Shown: in pieces, positions 27,425 through 36,449 of the stretch
Position numbering within the stretch: position 1 is the stretch's first letter
How the letters are laid out: each line of letters opens with the position of its first letter
Source: Armatimonadota bacterium
GTDB taxonomy: Bacteria > Armatimonadota > SYMT01
Direction: 5' to 3'
Length of the DNA: 49,902 nucleotides
Assembly: GCA_046292385.1 (NCBI GenBank)
Contig: JBKBRF010000049.1
Location: 1-49,902 of the forward strand
Notes under the pieces: generated by a model
The model's database searches: none
What the model was told of the DNA's origin: nothing
The model's input: only the letters and a program-made list of their open reading frames with translations
Made by a program: the position numbers and the translations under genes

Positions 27425-30160
27425 GTGCTCTCCGCCATCCTCTCGCTCCTGATCTCCCTGGTCGTACCGGCGGTCGCGTGGCAGAGCTCCGCACAACTCC
27501 TGTTCCGGCACCCGGAAGCTGACCGGGTGGAGGTTTCTCCCTACAGCGCGGCGGCGAGGAAGGCGGGTTTCCCGCAGTGGGCCGAGGCCGAGGGGCCCGG
27601 TCGAGCGCAGGCGGCCCTGCGGCTCTATCCGGAAAAGGTCAACCTCGGGATCCGGGTTGACAGCAGCCTGGGACCGAAGCGGATCGAGAGCTGGGCCGAG
27701 CGGACCGCGGTCGATCTCTCCTGGCGCGCCGTCGACCTCAAGGTGGTGCCCCAGGGCAAGAGCACCTACGTCGCGATCAGTGCCGAGACCGTCGTCGCCC
27801 CCGCCCTGCCGGGCCAGTATCGCGCCGGCCTTTCCCTGGGAGTGCTGCAGCGCAGCCTCGCGCGCTTGCTCGACAGCCCGGTGCCGCTCGCGGTGCTGGT
27901 CCCCGGCCAGCCGCACGCGGAAGCCTCGCATCCCCCGCTGGCGCGACACCGGGAAGGCTCCGACCACTACTCGTTTTACCTGCTCCAGCCCGGCGACGAT
28001 CGCTGGCTGACGGTGGAATACGGGCTTTCGGACGGAGCCCTGCGGCACTTCGGGCTCTCCGTGCTGCTGTGGCTGGCCATCCCGTTCCTCGCGGCCCTGC
28101 TCGCCCGCGCCGCGGCGGGTCGCGCCGGGACGGCGGCCGAGCGGACGGCCCGCTTCGCCCGCCTCGCCTGGTTTCTCTCGCTCATCGCCGTGGCGATCGC
28201 GCTGGCGCTCACCCTGCCAGCCGTGGGCGACACCGCGCGGGCGCTGCTGCCGGCGTCTCTGAAGCGGAGTCTCCCGAGCCTCGCCGCGGTGCCGGCGCTC
28301 CTCTGCGTCTACCTGACCGCCGTCGCGGTGGAGCTCTTCGGCGGCTCGAGCCGCCCGACCGGACCTGCCGAGCCGTGGTGGCAGGCGCTCTCGCGACCGC
28401 TGCTCTTCGCCGGCGCGGCGCTGGGCCTGGCGGCCGGACTCGCCGCCGCCCTGCTCACCTGGAGCCGCAGCCCCTGGCTCGGGCCCGCCGTGGCGATGCT
28501 CCCGTTCGGCCTGGCGCTGCTGAACTACGTCTGGGCCCGCGCGGAGCGTGAGCGGCAAGGAGAGGCCGCGCTCCCGGAGGCGGAGGACCGGTCTGCCGGG
28601 GCCGCGGTGCCGGGAGACAAGCCGCGCGGGCCGGCGCAGCGCCTCCTCTGGGCGGCCGGCGTGATGGCGGTCGTAGCGCTGGCACTCTGGAAAGGCGCCG
28701 ACTACTTCTCGCAGAGCGCGGGAGCGCCGGACCTCGGCTGGCAGATCGCGGTCGGGCGCCAGATGGTGGAGGAGGCCGGCCCGCCGCCGGGAGACGCCTT
28801 CTCCTGGACCTCCGGAGGCCAGCCGTGGTTCGTGCAGGCGTGGCTCCCGAACGCCTTCTTCTACCTCGCCACTACGCGCCTGCCCGACTGGACGATGATC
28901 GCCTACCGGGCGGTATTGGGCGCGGCCGCCGTCCTGCTGCTCCTGGGGCACGCCTACCGCCGCTCCGGCAGCCTCTGGGCGGCGCTCGCCGTCGCCGCGC
29001 TCTTCGCGGAGACGCTGGACCGCTTCATCGACGTGCGCCCGGTGATGTGCTCCTTCGTCCTCACCGGCGCGCTGCTCTGGAGCCTCACGGCCTACCGCCA
29101 GGGTGGGGCGCGCTGGCTGCCGTGGGCGCTGCCGGCCGGCGCCCTGCTCTGGACCAACCTCCACGGCGCGGTGGCGCTGGGGCTCCTGGTGCTGGTCCTC
29201 TGGCTGATCGGCGAGGTCGCGGCGCGGCTCCTGCTGCGGGAGGAGACGCCGCCCCTCCGGCCGATGGTGCTCGGGACCGCCGCCGCGTTCATCGCGGCCT
29301 GCTTCAGCTACAACGGCCTGCGGGTGCTCACCGCCACCTTCGAGATCTACTCCCTGCACCCGGGTGCGATGGACGAGATCAAAGAGTGGCTCTCACCGAA
29401 CTTCCACCACAACGAGTGGCTCGCCTTCGAGCTGCTGCTCCTGGGCGCTCTCGGCGGCTTCGCCTTCCTGCGGCGCCGCGCGCTCTCCGACCTGCTGATC
29501 CTGCTCTTCCTGGCGCACAGCGCGCTCACCTCCGTCCGGGCCATCCCCTTCTTCTGTCTCGCTGCGGGTCCGATCGCGGCGGAGGCGGCGGTCACCCTGG
29601 TCGACCGCTGGCCGGCGTTCCTCTCCCCCCTTCGTATCCCTGCGGCCGCGCGCGCAGTCGCCGCGTCGCTGGTGGTGGCAGGGCTCCTGGGCCTGGCGTG
29701 GAAGGCCCGGCCGACCGGTCCACCCGACACCTGGTTCGAGCGGGGTATCGCCCTCTCCGAGATGCCGGTCGAGGCAGCAGAGCGGCTCGCGCGCGGGGAG
29801 TGGCCGGGGCGACTCTTCAACGAGTACGGGACCGGCGGCTTCCTGACCTGGCAGCTCTATCCCCAGCGGAAGGTCTTCGTAGACGGCCGCGCGGAGCCGT
29901 ACTACCAGACCGGCGCCTTTGACGACTCGCTGGTGATCGCCCGCGCGAAGCCCGGCTGGAGCCGCCTGCTGGAGAAGTGGGGGGTCGAGACGATCCTGAC
30001 GAGCAAGCAAAGCGGCCTCGCCGCCGCGCTGAAGGAAAAGCCGGACCACGGCTACGAGAAAGTCTTCGAAGGCAAGGTGGAGGAGGTCTGGATCCGCAAG
30101 CAGCAGCCTCGGCGGGAGTCCCCCGCCGGCGCGGTTTCCTCCGGCGCCGAGCGGCCGTAG
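27425..30160 (+). CDS. Large polytopic membrane protein, GT-C-like glycosyltransferase with an extra N-terminal domain
   Basis: DLGWQIAVGR...DAFSWT...PWFVQAWL, RP, LWTNLHG, IKEWLSP, FNEYGTGGFL...VFVDGRAE; more than 12 hydrophobic segments. Confidence 0.6.
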   Translation: MLSAILSLLISLVVPAVAWQSSAQLLFRHPEADRVEVSPYSAAARKAGFPQWAEAEGPGRAQAALRLYPEKVNLGIRVDSSLGPKRIESWAERTAVDLSWRAVDLKVVPQGKSTYVAISAETVVAPALPGQYRAGLSLGVLQRSLARLLDSPVPLAVLVPGQPHAEASHPPLARHREGSDHYSFYLLQPGDDRWLTVEYGLSDGALRHFGLSVLLWLAIPFLAALLARAAAGRAGTAAERTARFARLAWFLSLIAVAIALALTLPAVGDTARALLPASLKRSLPSLAAVPALLCVYLTAVAVELFGGSSRPTGPAEPWWQALSRPLLFAGAALGLAAGLAAALLTWSRSPWLGPAVAMLPFGLALLNYVWARAERERQGEAALPEAEDRSAGAAVPGDKPRGPAQRLLWAAGVMAVVALALWKGADYFSQSAGAPDLGWQIAVGRQMVEEAGPPPGDAFSWTSGGQPWFVQAWLPNAFFYLATTRLPDWTMIAYRAVLGAAAVLLLLGHAYRRSGSLWAALAVAALFAETLDRFIDVRPVMCSFVLTGALLWSLTAYRQGGARWLPWALPAGALLWTNLHGAVALGLLVLVLWLIGEVAARLLLREETPPLRPMVLGTAAAFIAACFSYNGLRVLTATFEIYSLHPGAMDEIKEWLSPNFHHNEWLAFELLLLGALGGFAFLRRRALSDLLILLFLAHSALTSVRAIPFFCLAAGPIAAEAAVTLVDRWPAFLSPLRIPAAARAVAASLVVAGLLGLAWKARPTGPPDTWFERGIALSEMPVEAAERLARGEWPGRLFNEYGTGGFLTWQLYPQRKVFVDGRAEPYYQTGAFDDSLVIARAKPGWSRLLEKWGVETILTSKQSGLAAALKEKPDHGYEKVFEGKVEEVWIRKQQPRRESPAGAVSSGAERP

Positions 30161-30164
30161 CGGA

Positions 30165-30974
30165 TCAGCCTCGCAGGCGGGGACCCCGTACCGAGACCGG
30201 GCCCTCGATCAGCAGGCACGCGTCCTGGAGCCGCCGGATCACCGCGTTGCGCTCCACCGCCTCCGCCAGGTAGAAGACGCGCCCGCCCGCCGCTCCCGGC
30301 GGCTTGAAGTGGGGGAAGCGGATGTACCCCGCCGCCCGCGCGGCAACGTAGCCGGGCGTGTAGTCCGGCGCGTCGGACCAGCAGAGCTCGGCCAGCACGC
30401 CGGACCAGAGCACCTTGGTGGCGACCGCCAGCGCCTCCCGGATCCGGAAGTGCTCCAGGCCGTGGGCGCGCAGGGCGGCCTCCAGCTCCTGTCGGGCTTC
30501 CGGGGAGTAGTCGAAATGCCGGGCGCGCACGCCCCGCTCCGGGTCCGGATCCAGGCGCGCGCCGGTCTCCGCGTGCAGCAGTGCCGCGCCGCGCGCGGGA
30601 GCGCCTGCCGCCCGCGCGCCCCTTTCCAGCAGCGTGAACCCCCGCTCGACCGCCGTGACAGACACTCCGGCGGCGCGGAGCAGCTCCGAAGCGGCGCGGC
30701 GCGCGGCCGCGGGATCGGCCGCCGCGCTGGTGGTGACCGGGAGACATGGGGTGCGCGCGATCTGCTCCGGCGCGACTCGCTCGACCGTCAGGCGCAGGTA
30801 GTCCGGCTCCAGCCCCTGCGCCTCCGCCCGGCCGTACAGCTCCCGGGTGACCCGCGTCACCGCCTCGCGCGGGACCAGGCGCTCCGCGCCGGAAAGATGG
30901 CGGCCGCCCTCCTCATGCGAGGCGCCGGCCGCGGCGCGCATCCGGACGCTGTACCAGCTCTCTCCGCGGCTCAC
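30165..30974 (-). CDS. bioW: 6-carboxyhexanoate-CoA ligase (pimeloyl-CoA synthetase)
   Basis: YSVRMRA, HLSGAERLV, EALAVATKV, AELCWSDAPDYTPGYVA, GGRVF; GTG overlaps the bioB stop. Confidence 0.88.
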   Translation of the reverse strand: MSRGESWYSVRMRAAAGASHEEGGRHLSGAERLVPREAVTRVTRELYGRAEAQGLEPDYLRLTVERVAPEQIARTPCLPVTTSAAADPAAARRAASELLRAAGVSVTAVERGFTLLERGARAAGAPARGAALLHAETGARLDPDPERGVRARHFDYSPEARQELEAALRAHGLEHFRIREALAVATKVLWSGVLAELCWSDAPDYTPGYVAARAAGYIRFPHFKPPGAAGGRVFYLAEAVERNAVIRRLQDACLLIEGPVSVRGPRLRG

Positions 30975-31996
30975 GGGACCGCGGGCGGCGCCGCGATCTC
31001 GAAGCCGAGATCCGCGATCATGCGGAAGTCGTCTTCCGCGGACTGGCCGGCGGTGGTGAGGTAGTCGCTCACGAAGATCGAGTTCGCCGGATAGAGGCCC
31101 AGCGGCTGCAGGCTCTTCAGGTGCAGCTCCCTCCCGCCGGCGATCCGGATCTCCCGGCTTGGATTCACGAAGCGGAGCATGCAGAGCGCCTTCAGGCAGT
31201 AGCGCGGGTTCAGGCCCCAGAGCTCCGCCAGCGGCGTGCCGGGGATCGGGTGGAGGAAGTTGACCGGGATCGACTCCACCTCCAGCTCGCGCAGCGAAAA
31301 GGCGAGGTCTACCACGTCCTCGTCCCGCTCGCCCATACCGAGGATCCCGCCGCAGCAGGGAGAGATGCCGGCCGCCTTCACCTGCTCCACGGTGCGGATC
31401 CGGTCCTCGTAGGAGTGGGTGGTGCAGATATTCTCGTGGTGCTGCTCGCCGGTGTTCAGGTTGTGGTTGAAGCGGTCGACCCCCGCCGCCTTCAGCCGCT
31501 CCGCCTGCCCGTCCTTCAGGATCCCCAGGCAGCAGCAGACCCGCAGCGAGGTGGTCTCCTTGATCTCCCGCACCGCCTCCAGCACGTGCTCCAGCTCGCG
31601 GTCGGTCGGGCCCCGCCCGCTGGTGACGATGCAGTAGGTGCACGCCTGCAGCTCCGCCGCCCGGCGAGCGCCGCTCACCAGATCTTCTCGCGAGAGCAGC
31701 GGGTAGCGCGGGATCTCCGCGGTGGAGATGCTCGACTGCGAGCAGTAGTGGCAGTCTTCCGGACAGAGGCCGCTCTTCGCGTTCTGCAGGTAGTAGAGCT
31801 GCACCTGGACGCCGAAGTAGCTCCGGCGTACCTCGAACGCCGCGGCAAGCAGCGCCGGCAGCTCCACGTCGGGCGCCTGCAGCACCGCGAGCGCCTCCTC
31901 CCGGCCCGGCACCTCGCCGGCCAGCACCCGCCGCGCCAGCGCCATCCAGTCGCGCCCCGTGCCCGTCTCGTTCCGCTCCGCCGTCAGCACTCTCAC
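30971..31996 (-). CDS. bioB: Biotin synthase
   Basis: NAKSGLCPEDCHYCSQS, NHNLNT, CCGGILGMGE, SIPVNFL, RIAGGRE, ANSIF. Confidence 0.96.
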   Translation of the reverse strand: MRVLTAERNETGTGRDWMALARRVLAGEVPGREEALAVLQAPDVELPALLAAAFEVRRSYFGVQVQLYYLQNAKSGLCPEDCHYCSQSSISTAEIPRYPLLSREDLVSGARRAAELQACTYCIVTSGRGPTDRELEHVLEAVREIKETTSLRVCCCLGILKDGQAERLKAAGVDRFNHNLNTGEQHHENICTTHSYEDRIRTVEQVKAAGISPCCGGILGMGERDEDVVDLAFSLRELEVESIPVNFLHPIPGTPLAELWGLNPRYCLKALCMLRFVNPSREIRIAGGRELHLKSLQPLGLYPANSIFVSDYLTTAGQSAEDDFRMIADLGFEIAAPPAVP

Positions 31997-32035
31997 CTCC
32001 GCCCGGCCCTCCGCCGGCCCTACCGTTATAACCGC

Positions 32036-32133
32036 TCCAGGGGTCAGGTTTCAGGGGCCAGGGACCAGGTTCGCCCCGCCCCGTGACCGGTGTTTCCCTG
32101 TTCCGACCCTGGACCCTGGACCCTGGACCCTGG
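32036..32133. repeat. Inverted repeat with 7-mer tandem arms (CCAGGGN)n / (GACCCTG)4
   Basis: 32036-32069 versus 32105-32133, between mnmE and bioB. Confidence 0.8.
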
Positions 32134-32138
32134 CACAG

Positions 32139-33515
32139 CTACTTCCCCACGCAGAAGCGCGCGAAGATCTGGCTGATCGTTTCTTCGGTCACCGTCTCGC
32201 CTGTGATCTGCCCCAGCGCTTCCGCCGCCAGGCGCAGGTCGAGGGCGAGCGCCGCCTGGTCGAACCCTGCCTCGGCGGCCTCGATCGCGCGGTCGAGCGC
32301 CTCCGCCGCGGAGCGCAGCCGTGCTTCGTGACGCACGTTGCTCACCAGCACCGCCTCCGGGCCGCCGCTGTCGCCGACCAGCGTCTCCGCCAGCACTTCC
32401 TCCAGCCGGGGCAGGCCCTCTCCCGTCACGGCGGAGACGGCCACCACCGGCACCGGCTTCCCCAGGAGCGGCTCCAGCGCCTCGGCGGCCGGGGCGGCGC
32501 GGAGATCGGCTTTGTTGGCGGCGACCACCAGCCGGCCCCCCCGCAGCTCGTCTGCCAGGGCGCGGTCTGCTTCCGTGAGCCCCTCGGCGGCGTCGAGGAC
32601 CCAGACCACCAGGTCGGCCTGTGCCACCTGGGCGCGTGTCCGCTCCACGCCGAGCGCCTCCACGCGGTCCGCCGTCTCGCGCAGTCCGGCGGTGTCGATG
32701 GCGCGCACGGGCACGCCGCGCAGGTTGAGCGACTCCTCGATCACGTCCCGCGTGGTGCCGGGAACGTCGGTCACGATGGCGCGCTCCTCGCCCAGCAGCG
32801 CGTTCAGCAAGCTGCTCTTGCCGACGTTCGGCCGCCCCGCCAGCACCAGCGCGGCGCCTTCCCGGTAGAGGCGCCCGGCGTCCGCAGTGCGGAGCAGCGC
32901 CGCCGCCCGCTCCCGCACCTGCCGCGCGCGCTCCGCCACCTCCGCGTCCGCCGGCGGCTCCACATCGTCCGGAAAGTCGATCGCCGCCTCGATCTCCGCC
33001 AGCAGCGTGATCAATGAGTGCCGCAGCCCCGCGATCTCCCGGGAGAGCCGCCCCGAGAGCTGCGCCGTGGCAACCCGCAGCGCCGCGTCGGTGCGGGCGC
33101 GGATCACGTCGATCACTGCCTCCGCCGCGGCCAGGTCCATGCGCCCGTTCAGGAAGGCGCGCTGCGTAAACTCCCCCGGCTCCGCCAGCCGCGCGCCGTG
33201 CGCCAGGAGGCCCCGGAGCACCTGGCCCTGCACGAGGTTGCTCCCGTGGCACGCCAGCTCGACCACGTCCTCGCCGGTGTAGCTGTGGGGGGCGGCGAAA
33301 TAGGTCAGCAGGCAGTCGTCCAGCCGCCCCTCCTCCCCCGGGCGCGCCACCCACCCATAGTAAGCGCGGTGGCTCCGGGGAGGGTCCGGGAGGGGCCGCT
33401 CGCGGCGAAAGAGGGCGCGGGCGCAGTCCAGGGCGCGCGGGCCGCTGGCCCGCACGATGCCGATTCCCGCCTCTCCCGGGGCGGTCGCGATGGCGGCGAT
33501 GGTGTCTCCGGTCAC
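32139..33515 (-). CDS. mnmE: tRNA modification GTPase MnmE
   Basis: DTIAAIATAPG, GEFTQRAFLNGR, GRPNVGKSS, GTTRD, DTAG, NKAD, FCVGK. Confidence 0.97.
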   Translation of the reverse strand: MTGDTIAAIATAPGEAGIGIVRASGPRALDCARALFRRERPLPDPPRSHRAYYGWVARPGEEGRLDDCLLTYFAAPHSYTGEDVVELACHGSNLVQGQVLRGLLAHGARLAEPGEFTQRAFLNGRMDLAAAEAVIDVIRARTDAALRVATAQLSGRLSREIAGLRHSLITLLAEIEAAIDFPDDVEPPADAEVAERARQVRERAAALLRTADAGRLYREGAALVLAGRPNVGKSSLLNALLGEERAIVTDVPGTTRDVIEESLNLRGVPVRAIDTAGLRETADRVEALGVERTRAQVAQADLVVWVLDAAEGLTEADRALADELRGGRLVVAANKADLRAAPAAEALEPLLGKPVPVVAVSAVTGEGLPRLEEVLAETLVGDSGGPEAVLVSNVRHEARLRSAAEALDRAIEAAEAGFDQAALALDLRLAAEALGQITGETVTEETISQIFARFCVGK

Positions 33516-33543
33516 GCTCGATTCTATCTCGGCAGACGCGTAC

Positions 33544-33578
33544 GAAGAGAGGGGAAGACCCCGACGGGCCTCCCCCTC
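33544..33578 (-). terminator. Terminator-like hairpin after the repeat-protein gene
   Basis: Minus strand GAGGGGGAGGCCC-GTCG-GGGTCTTCCCCTC (with G-U pairs), then TCTTC. Confidence 0.6.
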
Positions 33579-33607
33579 TTGCGCTCGTCCACTCCAGCGG
33601 CGGAGTG

Positions 33608-35464
33608 TTACTGCCGCCGGATGTTCACCCGCGGGGGAGTCTCCTGGCGGCTGCCCGCCACCGACTCGTCGGGCTGGCCGCTTTCCGGCACGGGCACCAG
33701 CACCCGCACGCCGACCCGCACCAGATCGCGGGCGGTCGCACCGGACTGGAGCCGCTGGTTCACGTCGAAGAAGAAGATCTCCTCCAGCGGAACCCGGGCC
33801 ACGCTCGCCTGGCCGCCTTCATCGATGTAGTTCACCTCGGCCGTGGTCTCGCCGACCGCAGTCACGGTAGCCGGCTTCAGCGGCCGCGTGCGAGAGAGCG
33901 CTTCGATGCTCTGCTTCAGCGCCTGCTGCTGCGGATCCGCGGAGGCGGTCCACCGGATCGGGCTCGCCGTGCCGGTCCGCCGCACCGCGGTGCCGCGGAA
34001 GATCGGAGCAGGGGTCGCTATCACGCCGGTGCCGTAGAACCCCGGATCGTAGTAACCGGGGGCGTAACCGAGATCGGACGGATAGATGAACCCGGTCAGG
34101 TTATTGTAGCCGATCGGCCCGTATCCCCAGAGGCCGCCGCCGCCGGCCCCCGGAAACAACAGGAGATTCGTGGGACCCGCCACCGCCGTCGGCGGTATGC
34201 GTCCCGCGAACGGGTTGAACGGGTCGAAGACGGTATTCACCTGCGGGAGACGGAACGGGTCGTTGAAGAACCCGACCGTGAACGGGTCGATGCCGCGGGA
34301 AGCCGCCGGATCGCCCGGCAGCTGCGTGAACGGATTCACGCGGCCGGCGGTCGAGAACGTAAACGGGTTGAATCCCCGCGTCGCCGCCACGGCCGCCTGG
34401 GCCGCCAGCGCGTTGTTCCGCTGCACGGCGGTATTCGCCGCCAGCGCCCGGTTCTGCGCCAGAGTCGAGTTGGTGAAGCCGTTTACGGTGGGAATCTGCG
34501 TTACCTGCTGGGTAACCACCGGCGTCACCACCTGCTGGGGCGTCACCACCGGATTGATCACGGGGGTAACGACCGGCGTCACCACCTGCTGCGCGCTCAA
34601 GCTGGGCGCCACCAGGTTCGCCTGCAGCGCCGTCCGCTGCGCCAGCGCGGCATTATTCGTCGTGCCTACCGCCGCCGGGCGGCCGAAGCCGGCCGGCAGC
34701 CCCGCGCCGGGCAGAAGGACGTCCTGCTGCGCGTTGCCTACCGCAGCCGCGGGGACCACTCCCTGCGGCGTCACGTTGTAGAAGCGGCCGTTGATCCGCA
34801 CCGCCCGCCCCGGCGCCGCGCGGTTGGCGGTCCGGTTCACCGCCGCCGGAGTCCCGAAGCCGGCGGGAAGGCGGGCCCCCGGCAGCAGCACGTCCTGCTG
34901 TGCGTTGCCTACCGCCGCCGCGGGGACCACTCCCTGCGGTGTTACGTTGAAAAAGCGACCGTTGATGCGGACGGCGCGGCCCGGCGCCACTGCCATCGCC
35001 CCGGCACGGTTCGGCGTCAGGTTAGCCGGCGCGAAGGTCCGCGGCCCCACCATGCGGGGGGCGATGCGCGGAAGCATCGCAGCCGCCTGCTGGCTCCGCA
35101 TCACCTGCACCGCGGCCGCCGGGTGCATCCCCTGCGGGATCGTCCTGCCGTTGAACCCGTTGAACCCGGTGGCGCCGAAGCGGCCACCCGGAAGCAGCAC
35201 ATCCTGCTGCGCGTTTCCGATTGCCGCGCTGGGGACCAGCCCCTGGCGCGTCACGTTATAGAAACGGCCGTCCACCCGGATCGCCCGTCCGGGCGTCAGG
35301 TTCGCCGTGACATTCGGTCGTACGGCCGTCAAGCCGGCGCTCGACACTCCTCCGGCCGCCCCAAAGCCGCCGGCCGCCCCCGTGAAGCCGCTCTGCGCGT
35401 AGGCCGCGTGCCCCGAGAGCGCCAGTGTCGCCGCCGCAATCGGCGCCCATGCACCTCTTTTCAT
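33608..35464 (-). CDS. Secreted hypothetical protein with three 36-aa repeats and low-complexity regions
   Basis: Signal peptide (AAYA|Q), GGAGGGAG RBS, repeats of PGRA[IV]R[VI][DN]GRF[YF]NVT.QG.VP.AA.GNAQQDVLLPG. Confidence 0.75.
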   Translation of the reverse strand: MKRGAWAPIAAATLALSGHAAYAQSGFTGAAGGFGAAGGVSSAGLTAVRPNVTANLTPGRAIRVDGRFYNVTRQGLVPSAAIGNAQQDVLLPGGRFGATGFNGFNGRTIPQGMHPAAAVQVMRSQQAAAMLPRIAPRMVGPRTFAPANLTPNRAGAMAVAPGRAVRINGRFFNVTPQGVVPAAAVGNAQQDVLLPGARLPAGFGTPAAVNRTANRAAPGRAVRINGRFYNVTPQGVVPAAAVGNAQQDVLLPGAGLPAGFGRPAAVGTTNNAALAQRTALQANLVAPSLSAQQVVTPVVTPVINPVVTPQQVVTPVVTQQVTQIPTVNGFTNSTLAQNRALAANTAVQRNNALAAQAAVAATRGFNPFTFSTAGRVNPFTQLPGDPAASRGIDPFTVGFFNDPFRLPQVNTVFDPFNPFAGRIPPTAVAGPTNLLLFPGAGGGGLWGYGPIGYNNLTGFIYPSDLGYAPGYYDPGFYGTGVIATPAPIFRGTAVRRTGTASPIRWTASADPQQQALKQSIEALSRTRPLKPATVTAVGETTAEVNYIDEGGQASVARVPLEEIFFFDVNQRLQSGATARDLVRVGVRVLVPVPESGQPDESVAGSRQETPPRVNIRRQ

Positions 35465-35717
35465 CCTCGTTTCTCCCTCCGAGCTTGCCGGATGCGGTTT
35501 TCTTCCGACTCCCTCGGAGGGGAAGTACCGAAATGTGTGGCAGCCGAAACCTTTTGGAGACGGGGCCCGCCGGCGGCATGGCTAACTGTTCGAATTCAAG
35601 CAACCGCGCGCCCCGCTCCGCTGCCTCCGAGCCGGCTTCCGGCGCTCCCCGGCTATAATCCCCCTGGATTGCCCCGCCTCTGACCGCTCGCTTCCCCGAG
35701 CACGGACTCACCGAGCC

Positions 35718-36392
35718 ATGAACAAGCCACGCGTTCTCCTTGCCTGGAGCAGCGGAAAAGACTCCGCCTGGGCCCTGTACGTGCTGCGGAGCGCGGGGGA
35801 GGTGGAGGTGGTGGGGCTCCTCACCACCCTGAACCAGGAGTTCGATCGCGTGGCGATGCACGCGGTCCGCCGGACCGCCCTGGAGGCGCAGGCGGAGGCC
35901 GCGGGGCTGCCGCTCCTGACGGCGCCGCTGCCGTGGCCCTGCAGCAACGCCGACTACGAGGTCGCCATGCGCCGGGCGCTGGAGCAGGCGCGGGAGCAGC
36001 TTCGGATCACGCACGTGGCCTTCGGCGATCTCTTCCTGGAGGACGTGCGCGCCTACCGGGAAGAGCGGATGCGGGATACCGGGCTCACGCCGCTCTTTCC
36101 GCTCTGGGGAAAGCCGACGCGACCGCTGGCCGAGGAGATGGTCGCCGCCGGCCTGCGGGCGGTGCTGACCTGCGTCGACCCCCGCCGCCTCTCTCGCGAC
36201 TTCGCCGGGCGGACCTTCGACGCGCGGCTTCTGGAGCAGCTGCCGCCGGACGTTGACCCGTGCGGCGAGGCGGGAGAGTTCCACACCTTCGTCTACCGGG
36301 GACCGATGTTCTCCCGCGCGCTGGAGCCGGCAGTCGGGGAGGTCGTGGAGCGAGACGGCTTCGTCTTCGCCGATTTACAGGTGGAGAGATGA
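35718..36392 (+). CDS. Adenine nucleotide alpha hydrolase, diphthine-ammonia-ligase-like (MJ0570-type) ATP-binding protein
   Basis: PP-loop AWSSGKDS, FGDLFLEDVRAYRE, DPCGEAGEFHTFV. Confidence 0.88.
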   Translation: MNKPRVLLAWSSGKDSAWALYVLRSAGEVEVVGLLTTLNQEFDRVAMHAVRRTALEAQAEAAGLPLLTAPLPWPCSNADYEVAMRRALEQAREQLRITHVAFGDLFLEDVRAYREERMRDTGLTPLFPLWGKPTRPLAEEMVAAGLRAVLTCVDPRRLSRDFAGRTFDARLLEQLPPDVDPCGEAGEFHTFVYRGPMFSRALEPAVGEVVERDGFVFADLQVER

Positions 36393-36449
36393 AAAGGGGA
36401 GAAGAAAGACAGCGCGCGGACGGAGACCGGAGCTCCGCCCGCAGCGCGG

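Noticed and set aside
34706..35293. 108-nt repeats as a DGR template/variable pair
   Set aside because: The copies are in-frame protein repeats with mostly synonymous or conservative differences, not adenine-specific ones.
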